Below are positions 7,599-17,858 of a stretch of 36,451 nucleotides of DNA, in pieces. The notes below the pieces were generated by a model. The model was not told the origin of the DNA. It did not search any database and worked only from the letters and a program-made list of their open reading frames with translations. The stretch covers positions 1-36,451 of the forward strand of contig JAZGFI010000185.1 in assembly GCA_036479435.1 (NCBI GenBank), written 5' to 3'. Every line of letters begins with the position of its first letter. Position 1 is the first letter of the stretch. The position numbers and the translations under genes are program-made. Origin of the DNA: Planctomycetota bacterium (GTDB lineage Bacteria > Planctomycetota > GCA-002687715 > DRQF01).

Positions 7599-10550
7599 CT
7601 AATTCTTGGCGTTGATCTTCTCAATCGCGGCCCGTGCGGCCTGAACGACCGCCTTGTCATCCTGGGACAACAGTTCGATCAGAATCGGGAGCACTTCGGC
7701 CTTGCCAAGGGTGGCGAGCGATTGAATCGCGAGGACGCGAATCTCCGTGGTCTTAGCCTTCTGGGCCTGTTGAACGAGGGCATCCGCCGCCGATTCAGCA
7801 CTGAGCCCGGCGCCCGCAGCCCAGTTCTTCCAGCGTTTGACGTGATCAAAATACAATTCGATCCGATTCATGGATTGCGCCGCCGCGGCCTGAACACCAA
7901 CATCTGAATCCTTAAGAAGCCTCAGCAAGCCCGGGCCAACATCAAGGTCGGCAAAACGGACCGAAGCTTCCGCCATGAACTTGCGGACACTGGCATCGGG
8001 ATCGGAAAAGAGCGGCTTCAGTTTCTCGAAAGCCGTTTCGCCCTGAAGATTCAGCAGACGTTCCGCGGCCACGTATCTGATCTTGCCTCGGGAGTCCCCA
8101 AGGAACTTCTCAAGGGACGCCACCTGATCCGCAGGCCAACGTTGGATGACCGTTCGATGGAGTTGGGAATGACCATTAAAGCTGGGCGATGCCACGATCT
8201 CTTCGCGGAATAGATCTTGGTACTTATGAACTGCGGTATCGAGCGCGCTCTTGCGCAGTACCACGTTCTTGGATGCCAAGGCCGTCCCGATGATGCTTCG
8301 GGCAAGATCCTTCGGGAAGTGGACATCGCTTGCACGCCGGGCGAGCTGCGATTGCAGGTCGAGTTTCAGGTGTTGGGGGGCCTTCGACCAGCGCTGCGCC
8401 ACCGCAAGCGTGACCGACGGCGGAATCCGACGGCTGTTGTATCCACCCGACGTGACGACGGGATGGCAGTACATACTGAGGACGTCCTCCCAGGCGGCGG
8501 CAATGTTTTGACCCAAGGCCACACTGATGGCACGAGCGGCGAGGCTTGGGTCGGCCAAATGAGAGTCAGAGGAGCGGTAATAGTTTCCTGATGAGACGGC
8601 GACGCCGATATGCGCGAAACCACGAAGGACTCGTTCAGATTGACCGGCAGGATTCTGGTCTGATTCAGCGAGCCGAAAAGAGTCGATTTCTCCGGACATG
8701 AGGCCCGCTTCGTAGGCGGCCACAAGATGCTTGGACGAGGCCTCAGTTCCTGATGTCAGCACGGCAAGAAACAAGTTATTGCGTTCTTTTGAGGCTGGCC
8801 ATTTGCTTGGGATGCTAAGCAGAGGCGCCAAGAGATCGATGTGAAATCCTCCCCCCTTGTTGGTGTTGGAATACGCTGCAACGAACACCGCCTTTGGATG
8901 GGGCTTTACGAAGCCTTCCAGCAAAGCCAAAGCACCGGGCATGACGTGGGCGGAGCTTGCGAGCACAGAGATGAGCGCGCGGTCGAGCCTTGAGTTGCCA
9001 TGTTCATTCGCATCGATGCGGTCCTCGGCCATCTTTTTGAGTTTCGGAAAGGACTGCTCCGCCAAAGGCGAGATCACCAGGACCCAGAGGTCATCGGCAT
9101 TCGTCTTGCCGAGCACCTCAAGAACTAGTGAGCTATGCTTACGCAACTTGTGGCGCACGATCCACTGGTCCCAGGCCGAGATTCCCGGTTTCACATACCC
9201 GTGGGCCGCGAGCCTAAGGACATCCTCGATTTCGCTTGGGGATTTCGAACTCCCTAAGAAACCTTGAACCCACGAGCTGAGATGAAGTTCTAAGGAGCTT
9301 TGCGCCCGCTGGCTAGTAGCGGCAGTCTTGCTCTGGCCCCAAGCCTTCGCGATGCGGAGGAGCTCGGCGGCGCTCACCTGATCTGGATCTCCGAGACAAG
9401 CATGTGCGCCGGCGAATTGTTCTGCGAACGAAGCTCCCAGAATGATCCCATCTTTGGAAGTGGGTCCGTATTGTTCGAGGCAATCAAGCAGGAGTAATCG
9501 ACCCGAATCGGCGAGTGGAAAAGCGCTCGAAACCAGAGTGCGGAACGCGAGGTGGCTCAGCTCGGTGTTCTGACTTTCGATGCAACTTTTCAGTGCGGAC
9601 GCAAAGGCCTCGTGATCGTTGAGCGACGGCATGATATGGCTGTTGACCCAACCGAATCCACGCTCTTTCACTGAGTTCAGGAAGTAGATTTTGGCCTCAT
9701 CGTTCGGGCCGTTCAGGAGTTCAACGGCCACCTTGGCATTCGGCCCACCGAGGTCTTCACGATTTCTGACGTCGTTACTCATGTGAGCTCCCATCTCACG
9801 AAAGAGTAGGTCGATGGCTAGCCGCTGAACGAAAGTGTCTTCATCGAGCATGAATCGCGAGACAGCATCGCGCACCGGCTTCCGGGACAAAGCCCTTCCG
9901 GATTCTCGATAGTTCTTCGTGAGCCCCCCGATGACCGCGCGCCGAAGGTACTGGTCACCGGATCCGCGGACATTATCGAAGAACTTGGCCGCGATTTTTC
10001 CCCCGATACGGGCGATCGTCACCACGAGTCGGCCCAGGTCATCGGAGGCATCGGTGCGGTTTTTGATCTCAAAGGCCAAGGGCCCAACCGCGGGCTTGCC
10101 GATGAACACGAGGCTGTTCTGCGCGTCCTCCCAATCCTGGGTCATCTCACGCACTTTGTGGATCGCATCGCGAATGCGTGCGGTCAGGCGCTCGTCATCT
10201 TGATCAGGTTCGCCGCGCAGAATGGCGCTGGCGAGTTTCGCCGCGGGGCCCTCGCCGGCGGCGGAGCGCTGGAAAGCCTCTTGGGCCTTGTTGTCTTTAC
10301 CGAGAGTGCGATAGCAGCGAGCCAAGCCCAGCCAGGCCTCGGCGCTTTTTTCGGCGGAGATTGTCGGCAGCGCGGTAAGCTCGCGATAAATTGCGGCGGC
10401 GCTGTCAATGTCGTTCTCTTGACTGAGGACGGTCTGAGCTTTGGCGAGAAGCTGTTCCGATTTTCTGGTCTGCGGGGCGGCAAGACAAAGGTTGCCGACA
10501 CAAATCACGATCGCGATGAATGCGATCGAGATGACTTTTGAGTTCTTCAT
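7599..10550 (-). CDS. Large exported TPR/HEAT-repeat protein
   Basis: Start at MKNSKV (AAGGAGA RBS), then a signal peptide, an N-terminal TPR-like motif (AEAWLGLARCY..LG) and C-terminal HEAT repeats (LFSDPDASVR, LLKDSDVGVQAAAA, LLSQDDKAVVQAARAA). Confidence 0.8.
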   Translation of the reverse strand: MKNSKVISIAFIAIVICVGNLCLAAPQTRKSEQLLAKAQTVLSQENDIDSAAAIYRELTALPTISAEKSAEAWLGLARCYRTLGKDNKAQEAFQRSAAGEGPAAKLASAILRGEPDQDDERLTARIRDAIHKVREMTQDWEDAQNSLVFIGKPAVGPLAFEIKNRTDASDDLGRLVVTIARIGGKIAAKFFDNVRGSGDQYLRRAVIGGLTKNYRESGRALSRKPVRDAVSRFMLDEDTFVQRLAIDLLFREMGAHMSNDVRNREDLGGPNAKVAVELLNGPNDEAKIYFLNSVKERGFGWVNSHIMPSLNDHEAFASALKSCIESQNTELSHLAFRTLVSSAFPLADSGRLLLLDCLEQYGPTSKDGIILGASFAEQFAGAHACLGDPDQVSAAELLRIAKAWGQSKTAATSQRAQSSLELHLSSWVQGFLGSSKSPSEIEDVLRLAAHGYVKPGISAWDQWIVRHKLRKHSSLVLEVLGKTNADDLWVLVISPLAEQSFPKLKKMAEDRIDANEHGNSRLDRALISVLASSAHVMPGALALLEGFVKPHPKAVFVAAYSNTNKGGGFHIDLLAPLLSIPSKWPASKERNNLFLAVLTSGTEASSKHLVAAYEAGLMSGEIDSFRLAESDQNPAGQSERVLRGFAHIGVAVSSGNYYRSSDSHLADPSLAARAISVALGQNIAAAWEDVLSMYCHPVVTSGGYNSRRIPPSVTLAVAQRWSKAPQHLKLDLQSQLARRASDVHFPKDLARSIIGTALASKNVVLRKSALDTAVHKYQDLFREEIVASPSFNGHSQLHRTVIQRWPADQVASLEKFLGDSRGKIRYVAAERLLNLQGETAFEKLKPLFSDPDASVRKFMAEASVRFADLDVGPGLLRLLKDSDVGVQAAAAQSMNRIELYFDHVKRWKNWAAGAGLSAESAADALVQQAQKAKTTEIRVLAIQSLATLGKAEVLPILIELLSQDDKAVVQAARAAIEKINAKN

Positions 10551-10633
10551 GGCGTGGTCTCCTTTTTTGGTGTCCATCGCAATCATTGTCGGATTCCTGA
10601 AAGTCATGGTGTTCGAAGGTCGTCAACTCGCGG

Positions 10634-11352
<719 letters not shown>

Positions 11353-11356
<4 letters not shown>

Positions 11357-13236
11357 GATGCCGGCTCCTCTTGGACGAGGCTGAGGACAAAGGCCGCGCC
11401 CGGGCCGCCGCCGTCGCGGGGCTTTTGGATCGTTAAGTCGCCGCCGTGGTCGCGCAAGATGCTGCGGGCCAGATTCAAGCCGAGTCCCACTCCGGGCACA
11501 CTGCCATCGCGTTGTCGTTCACCGCGGACAAAGCGTTCGAAGATGGTCTCTTGTTCGCTCGACGGGACGCCGGGCCCAAAGTCACGGATGGTGAGCTTGT
11601 AGTGTCGGCCGTCGAAGCTGCTGCTCACTTCGAGGCGCTCGCCGGAAGGCGCGTACTTTCGGGCGTTCTCAAGGAGGTTGAGGATGGCCTGCACGAAAGC
11701 TCCGCGGTCTAGGAGTGTTTGCCAACAAGGTGCTTGCAAGTTGGCTTCGATGACTAAGCCATCACGGGTTGCAACGGGCTCAAAGAGCGCCAGGGTTTCC
11801 GCGACGATCTCGTCGACGGTTTCAGGGCGTTTGGCGTAGGCGCGTTCGCCTCGTTCTAAACGACCCAAGTCGAGGACGTTTTCGATCAGCATCGATAAGC
11901 GGACCGATTCACCCGAAAGCAGGCGATGGTATTCAGCTCTTTTTTCGGGAGTGGCCACGCGCCCGTCGTGAAGCATCTCGGTGAGGAGGCGGATCGAGGC
12001 GAGGGGGGTTTTGAGTTCATGGGTGACGGAGGTCAGAAACTCCGCGCGCGTGCGGGCGGCTGTGGCTTCACGGCGTACCGCTTTGATGGTGGAAAAGAGC
12101 GTTAGCGCAAACACTAAGGCCATCAAAAGCAGTAGGCCCGTGAGGAAAAGGGCGCCGGTTCGCGAAGAAGCGTTGGAGCGCGGCGCGGGCAAAAGTGCAA
12201 GGCCCGGGGCGAGGGTCCGCGCCTCATGCCTGGGGCTGAGGCCGAAATCGAAGCTGAGGCGAGATCGGTCGCGGGCGAGGTACTCGGCGAGGTCGAGAGC
12301 TTTCACGATGGCACCGTCGCCGCGCTTGCCGCCATTGGCCAAGGGATACCACAAAAGCAGTTTGTCGCCGTCGCGCCAAATGCCGCTGTCGCCGCTGGCC
12401 GTCAAAAGGTCAAGTCGGGAGCCTACGCGTTTGAGGAACGCGCGTCGGCGGCGCGTCAGTTCGGCATCGAGGCGCAGGCCGGGCGTGCGGCGGGGTGCAA
12501 AGTCGTTGAGGCGCGAAAAAAAGTTATCGGCCTGAATCTTAGGTAGTAGCCCAAGTCGTAGTCCCAAGCTCGCGGTGAATTCAAAACCCGCCACGGCGCG
12601 AATGAGGTCCAACTGGACGAAGGCGGCGCGGGCTGTGAGCGGAGTTAGTTGGGCTTCGTTGAGGGCGGTGGCGAAGTCGCGAATGTCCTTTTGAAGGCTT
12701 TCGCTGGTCACATCGTTCAGGGTAGTCGGAGCGGCCGAGTCGAGATGGCGTTGATACTGCCGGACGCGTATCCAAAGGCAGGCTCGTTTGAGAGCTAACC
12801 TGTCGATCTCACTGAGCTCTTGGTGCATCGAGACGCCGCCCAAAAGTTCGAGCGCCTGTGCGCTGTCGCGCTCGCCAAATTCCTTGCCCGCGCTGGCCTT
12901 CATGGCTTCGCGCGCTCGCCAATGAAGGTCGAGATCCCAAGGCTGAAAGGCTGGTGGCTCTAACCACTCCACGTTATTGCCAACGACGAGTTGCCCATCC
13001 TTGACCTGAAAACGCAATGAACTGTCGATGGCGTCGAGGGTGCGGGGGTCTTGGAGTTCGCGGCGCAGGCTCTTAGCCATCCCATCCGTGGCGCGTTCGG
13101 CCTCACGCTCCGCCTTTTGCTCTGCGTCGCGCGCCGTTTGCCACAAGCTCGTTAGCCCAAAGACCAACAGACCCCCGCCTGTCAACAGGACGAGGGTCAG
13201 CAGCCAAGGCAGAGTCAAAAAACTTCGGGTAGCCAT
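11353..13236 (-). CDS. Membrane sensor histidine kinase (HisKA + HATPase_c)
   Basis: Two TMs flank an extracytoplasmic domain. H-box HELKTPL, N-box NLLENARKY and G boxes DFGPG/GVGLGL. Start placed at ATG 13236 (ORF track gives 13269). Confidence 0.93.
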
Positions 13237-13243
13237 GAAGCCC

Positions 13244-13319
13244 AGTCTAGCCCCACCCCCGCCAAACATGTCAAAAACATGTCAGGCAAACCCTGAACAC
13301 CTGGGTCAGACCAAAGTCA
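13244..13319 (-). promoter_or_regulatory. Putative promoter with tandem direct repeats upstream of the kinase
   Basis: AAACATGTCA is exactly repeated at 13264 and 13275 (period 11), with a further GTCA pair at 13305/13316. On the minus strand TTGACA-N19-TAGACT ends 7 nt before ATG 13236. Confidence 0.55.
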
Positions 13320-13372
13320 CTACCCTTTGCGCCCCGCAAATCAGGCGGCGGCCCCAAGGCCAGGCGCGAGGC

Positions 13373-14197
13373 CTACCAGTAGCTTTCGATGTGGATCTGA
13401 CCCGAGTGTTCTTTGGGCTTGTGCATCTCGAAGCCACGATTTTGGAGCATGGTTTTCATGCCCTCGATCATGGCGGGGTTGCCGCACAAAAAGACGTGGG
13501 TGTTTTCGGGCTTCATGGGGAAGCCCCATTTCTCATCGAGGTAATGGCGTTCGAAGAGGTGGTTGATGTGTCCGGTCTCGCCATTCCAGGGCATGGCCTC
13601 TTCGGAACCCCGACTCAAGATGGGGATGTAGTCGAGGTGATTGCAAACCTGACTCAGGCTGGTGAGCTCTTGCCGGTAGCCGAGATCTTTGCGGCCGCGA
13701 ACGCCGTGGAAAATTGACCAGCGTCGGTGACCATCCTCGGGCAAGTGGGTTCGCGCCATGCTCATGAAGGGAGCGAGGCCGGTGCCGGTGGAAATCAAGG
13801 CGAGGTTGGCATCCGCCGGGACATCTTCGAGGGTGAAGTGGCCCTTCATCTCTGGGGAGAGCCAAACGCGATCGCCGATCTCGAGGGCAAACAAGCGCGG
13901 CGTGAGCGCACCTTCGGGCACCATGACGACATAGAATTCGATGAACTCGAGCTGGTTGGAGCCAGACGCGATCGAGTATGCGCGCTTGATCATCTTCTCG
14001 GGTGGGCTCGGGGTCTCTTCGATCGCAGCACCCACGGCGCGCCGCGCTTGGCCCGGCAATCCGAGAACACCAAACTGTCCCGGCTGATAGCTGTGTAGGT
14101 CCCAACCGTCGGGCTCAAAACGAAAAACAGCCAGCCCCGGCGAGATCTCGACGCGTTGTACGAGCACCGCGTTCAGCTTTTTCGGATCCTGATGCAT
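13373..14197 (-). CDS. fpr: Ferredoxin/flavodoxin--NADP+ reductase
   Basis: FAD motif RAYSIAS, GALTPRL, NADP motif STGTGLAPFMSM, LCGNPAMI and C-terminal ESYW. Confidence 0.9.
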   Translation of the reverse strand: MHQDPKKLNAVLVQRVEISPGLAVFRFEPDGWDLHSYQPGQFGVLGLPGQARRAVGAAIEETPSPPEKMIKRAYSIASGSNQLEFIEFYVVMVPEGALTPRLFALEIGDRVWLSPEMKGHFTLEDVPADANLALISTGTGLAPFMSMARTHLPEDGHRRWSIFHGVRGRKDLGYRQELTSLSQVCNHLDYIPILSRGSEEAMPWNGETGHINHLFERHYLDEKWGFPMKPENTHVFLCGNPAMIEGMKTMLQNRGFEMHKPKEHSGQIHIESYW

Positions 14198-14309
14198 CTA
14201 AGTTTCCTGTTCCTTCAAGATGCGTCGCATCATAGCAGGCAACCCCCCTTCCCGGGGCGGTCTTGTTAAGATCGTTGGCGATCAAAACAGCCCCACGGAG
14301 CCCACGCTC

Positions 14310-14783
14310 ATGGTCGACCCCAGCGATGTAGCCCCCTCCTTCCAACTTCCCAACCAAGATGGTCACTCCATTGATCTGAAGGACTTCTTGGGGCGATGGG
14401 TGGCCCTTTATTTTTACCCTCGTGACGATACGCCGGGCTGAAACGTTCAAGCCACCGACTTCTCGGCGCGTGTCGCCGAGTTCGAAGAGCACAACGCCGT
14501 GGTCTTGGGCTGCAGCCCGGACTCCATCGAGTCCCATCGCAAGTTCAGCAAAAAGCGCAGCCTTGAGATCTCACTCCTCTCGGACCCTTCGAAAGAGACC
14601 ATGACCGCCTACGGAGGTTATGGCCCCAAGTCGATCCTGGGCGTGAAGACGAAAGGGGTCATCCGGTCGACGGTTTTGATTGATCCTGAGGGCAGAGTTG
14701 CCGAAGTTTGGCGTCCTGTCCACGCAAAAGGGCATGCTGATCTCGTTTTGGCAAAACTCCAAACGCTCAATAGTAGCCCCTGA
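14310..14783 (+). CDS. bcp: BCP/PrxQ peroxiredoxin with in-frame TGA (codon 44) at the peroxidatic Cys; probable selenoprotein
   Basis: A single frame reads MVDPSDVAPSFQLPNQDG...ALYFYPRDDTPG-(TGA 14439-14441)-NVQATDFS...VLGCSPDS...RSTVLIDPEGRV...GHADLVL. This gives 157 aa, a full BCP length. Confidence 0.85.
14462..14480 (+). promoter_or_regulatory. Putative bacterial SECIS element
   Basis: Perfect 7-bp stem CTCGGCG/CGCCGAG with loop CGUGU (G second, followed by U). The loop starts 27 nt after the UGA. Confidence 0.7.
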
Positions 14784-14839
14784 GGGCCCGTTTTCGACGT
14801 ATTACCACTGCCGAGTACCCCGCGACGAGAAAAAACCCC

Positions 14840-14898
14840 TTGACGCACTCAGACAAATTGTCTTGGATGGCCGAATAGGGATCAGACAATTCGTCTGA
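14840..14898 (+). promoter_or_regulatory. Promoter with twin palindromic operators for the BlaI-like repressor
   Basis: TTGACG (-35-like) at 14840, palindrome AGACAA-A-TTGTCT at 14851-14863 and TCAGAC-AATTC-GTCTGA at 14882-14898. The shared core is AGAC-N5-GTCT. Confidence 0.7.
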
Positions 14899-14924
14899 CC
14901 GAGGCCCATCCGGGGAGCAATATC

Positions 14925-15314
14925 GTGGTTCGTCGCGGAAAAGACGTCACCAAGGCTGAACTCGCGGTTCTGCAGGTCTTGTGGAAAGGGGGCGAACCTT
15001 CCATTCGCAGCCTCGCCGATGTGCTTTATCCGGGCGGTGCCGCCTCGGATTACGCCACGGTTCAAAAACTTCTGGCCCGACTCGAAAAAAAAGGCTTCGT
15101 GACTCGCCGCCGCGAAGGCGGGCGAAACCTATACGCCGCGGCCTTGGATCGTGACGACCTCATCGCCCGGCGGCTTCAAGAAACCGCAGAGTCTTTGTGC
15201 GAGGGGTCATTGACTCCCTTGCTCACCAACCTTGTCCGTGCCAACCGTCTCTCATCTGAAGAGCGATTACGGCTGCGCCAGCTCATGGATGAGCTGGAAG
15301 AGCGGGAGGATTAG
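14925..15314 (+). CDS. BlaI/MecI/CopY-family transcriptional repressor
   Basis: Motifs TKAELAVLQVLW, YATVQKLLARLEKKGFV and GSLTPLLTNLV. GGGGAG RBS, adjacent to the M56 gene. Confidence 0.92.
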   Translation: MVRRGKDVTKAELAVLQVLWKGGEPSIRSLADVLYPGGAASDYATVQKLLARLEKKGFVTRRREGGRNLYAAALDRDDLIARRLQETAESLCEGSLTPLLTNLVRANRLSSEERLRLRQLMDELEERED

Positions 15315-15317
15315 CCG

Positions 15318-17264
15318 GTGGTTGGTGTCGAAGCCCTTTTGGTCAACGCGGTCTGGGCTCTGCCGTTGGCAGCCTTGGCCTGGCTGACAAGCCGAGTGTT
15401 CAAAAGACGCCCGTCCTTGTCGCACGCCTTATGGCTGCTCGTGCTCTTGAAGTTGATCACGCCGCCGCTTTGGGAGTTGCCCCTGTTGGGAGCGCGGGCT
15501 GACTACTGGCCTTCCAGCCTGGGGTCCGTAGATCAGGCTGACTCCCGGCAAACGCCGTTGGCAACCATGACGCCAAATGAGATCTCTTACCACGCCGGCA
15601 ACTTGGCGGAGTCAGACGAGATCGGTTTTGACTTCCAGGAACCCGCCACGTTTGATGCGAACGAAATCCAGATGAGGCCAAGGTCTCGGGTCGAGAGTAC
15701 CGATGCCTGGCGTCGGTCACGGACCCTCGCGATCTGGATCTGGCTCCTGGGCTCAGCCCACGTCGGCGCGATCGCTGTGAATCGAATCCGGCGTTTTCGG
15801 CGCGCCTTGCGAGCCGCTTCCAATCCGAGCCCCGCCCTTTTTCGTCGCTTGCGGCGGATCAGTGACTCAATGGGCCTTGAGCGCCCGCCGCGCTTGCTTT
15901 GCCTTGAAGCTCGATTGTCGCCGATGTTGTTCGGTGTTGGTCCGTGGACGACCTTGCTTATTCCGGCGGGCCTCGAGCGAAAACTACGCGCGAACGAACT
16001 CGAAGCGCTTTTGTTGCACGAGTTGGCTCACTACCAGCGGCGAGATCACTGGGTGCGAGTCGTGGAACTCGTGGTTGGCATCGTCTTTTGGTGGCACCCG
16101 GTTTTGTGGTGGGCGCGTCGCGAGTTGCGGCGCGCTGAAGAAGCAGCCTGCGACGCCTGGGTCGTGTCGGCTCGGCCCGCGCTGCGCAAGGCCTATGCCC
16201 GTGCCCTTATTCGTTGTGTTGATTACGTCGCCGGAGTGGCTCAACCGGTACCGCCGGTTGCCAGCCCGCTTGGCGACGCGGGATTTCTTTTGAAAAGAGT
16301 GGAGATAATCATGCAAAAACAGACTTCGAAACGCTTGTCATGGCTGACGCGCATGGGCCTAGTTGCCCTGGCCCTTTTCGTGCTGCCTTTGTTGCCGACC
16401 TTTGCGCAAGACCTATCGACGGAGGAAGCGCAACTCGCGGAGTTGATCGAGCTCGAAGAAAGAGAGCTACCTGAGCCACCGGAGCCACAAGAGCATCAAG
16501 CGCTAAGAGAGGCGCAAGAACTGAAGAACCTCGCCTCCGCTCGCGCCAGTCTGCGCCTCGCGAAGCAGCAACAGTCTCAATCGAATCTGCCCCAGGAGAT
16601 TCGAATCGAAAAAGCCGTCATCAAACGCCTGAAGCGCGTCATGAGGCGCGCGCCCAGCGCCCCCCTCAAGCACGAAATCGCCGCTTGCGCGGATCGCTTG
16701 GACGCACTCGTCATCAAAAGAGCAATCCTTCGCCGCTCGAACCCTAGACGCGGGCGGGCCAAGATGGACGAGCTGCACGCAAAACTTGCCCAGATTTCGG
16801 CAGAAGAGGCGACCCTGCAGGATTACCTCAGGTTGCAGGAGCTTGGGCGAAGGGAAATCGACAAGAGGAAAGAGGAATTGGAGCTACGGCAGATGACTCT
16901 TCAGCAACTGCGGCGGGACTTGAATCTCAGAGCTGAGGAGTACCAGAACCTACGCCAGGCAAAAGAGCAACTGGCTCTCGACAGACTCGCGCTCATAGAG
17001 CGGCATGAACTGAAAAGTAGGCGCAAAAACAGCTCTGACCGCCCGGGAGTATGGGAGCTAAAGCTGCGTGAGTGTCTTGAGGGAGGGACCTATGAATTCA
17101 AGCTGAAGAAGAAAAGCAGAACGAAACAACTCCCAGGCTCCAAGCGGGCATCGAAGACCGGACTCGCTCCGACACCGCCTCAAAATCCGAGCCCCAGTCG
17201 TCCGGCGGGAAAACCAATCAAGGCAAAAGGCGGGGCGAAGACCTTGCCAATGCTTGGGTGCTAA
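15318..17264 (+). CDS. BlaR1-like M56 metallopeptidase with a coiled-coil C-terminal domain
   Basis: Motifs LWLLVLLKL, HELAH (HExxH), WWHPVLWW and EEAACD. There is no penicillin-binding domain; the C-terminus is helical/coiled-coil with a Pro/Lys tail. Confidence 0.9.
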   Translation: MVGVEALLVNAVWALPLAALAWLTSRVFKRRPSLSHALWLLVLLKLITPPLWELPLLGARADYWPSSLGSVDQADSRQTPLATMTPNEISYHAGNLAESDEIGFDFQEPATFDANEIQMRPRSRVESTDAWRRSRTLAIWIWLLGSAHVGAIAVNRIRRFRRALRAASNPSPALFRRLRRISDSMGLERPPRLLCLEARLSPMLFGVGPWTTLLIPAGLERKLRANELEALLLHELAHYQRRDHWVRVVELVVGIVFWWHPVLWWARRELRRAEEAACDAWVVSARPALRKAYARALIRCVDYVAGVAQPVPPVASPLGDAGFLLKRVEIIMQKQTSKRLSWLTRMGLVALALFVLPLLPTFAQDLSTEEAQLAELIELEERELPEPPEPQEHQALREAQELKNLASARASLRLAKQQQSQSNLPQEIRIEKAVIKRLKRVMRRAPSAPLKHEIAACADRLDALVIKRAILRRSNPRRGRAKMDELHAKLAQISAEEATLQDYLRLQELGRREIDKRKEELELRQMTLQQLRRDLNLRAEEYQNLRQAKEQLALDRLALIERHELKSRRKNSSDRPGVWELKLRECLEGGTYEFKLKKKSRTKQLPGSKRASKTGLAPTPPQNPSPSRPAGKPIKAKGGAKTLPMLGC

Positions 17265-17279
17265 GCCAGACTTGGCCGC

Positions 17280-17858
17280 ATGGCACGTAACGTCGAAATC
17301 AAAGCGATTCTTTCCGACCTTCGCGCTGCCGCGGCTTTATCTCGGGCGCTCACCGGTCATGATCCCGAGCGCATCCATCAACGCGACACCTTCTTTATGG
17401 CCAAGAAGGGTCGCTTGAAATTGCGCGAGTTGGATGATCGCAGCGAGTTGATTCAGTACGAACGACCGGATCAAACCGGACCCAAGACTTCCAACTACAC
17501 GATTGTGAGAGTTGCCAAGTCCGAAACAGCCGCCATGCGACTAGCTTTGTCGCGGGCCTTGGGCATCAGCGGTGAGGTCATCAAGACTCGAGACCTTTAT
17601 CTGCACGGCCGCACGCGCATTCACCTCGACCGAGTCGAGGGCCTCGGAGATTTCTTGGAACTCGAAGTCGTGCTGAAAAAAGGGGAATCGGAGTCTGAGG
17701 GTCAGCGCGAAGCGGAAGCGCTCATGATAAAGCTCGGTGTCACTGCGGCTGATCTTTTGGAAGGCGCCTACGTCGACTTGATCGCCACCCAGGCTGTGGC
17801 TTTGCCTGAATCACCGCCCGAAAAAAGCGAGTCAGCCGCCGGTGATCTCGCTTTCTAA
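17280..17858 (+). CDS. CYTH-domain protein (class IV adenylate cyclase/CyaB-like)
   Basis: Motifs NVEIKA (ExExK), QRDTFF, RLKLR, KTRDLY and HLDRVEGLGDFLELEV. Confidence 0.88.
   Translation: MARNVEIKAILSDLRAAAALSRALTGHDPERIHQRDTFFMAKKGRLKLRELDDRSELIQYERPDQTGPKTSNYTIVRVAKSETAAMRLALSRALGISGEVIKTRDLYLHGRTRIHLDRVEGLGDFLELEVVLKKGESESEGQREAEALMIKLGVTAADLLEGAYVDLIATQAVALPESPPEKSESAAGDLAF

Noticed and set aside
14439..14441. Genome-wide UGA reassignment (genetic code 4 or 25)
   Set aside because: Several well-defined genes end in TGA at their expected family lengths (e.g. 1930, 14783, 21874, 32858).
14220..14783. Two separate small ORFs, or a bcp pseudogene
   Set aside because: Both halves are in frame and intact, the only stop sits exactly at the catalytic Cys, and a SECIS-like hairpin follows. 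Recoding is the better explanation, though unproven.
14925..17264. Beta-lactam resistance locus
   Set aside because: The M56 protein has no penicillin-binding sensor domain, and there is no beta-lactamase nearby.
17280..17858. CYTH protein as the cAMP source for the cNMP-binding protein
   Set aside because: It lies 18 kb away among unrelated genes, and many CYTH proteins are triphosphatases rather than cyclases.
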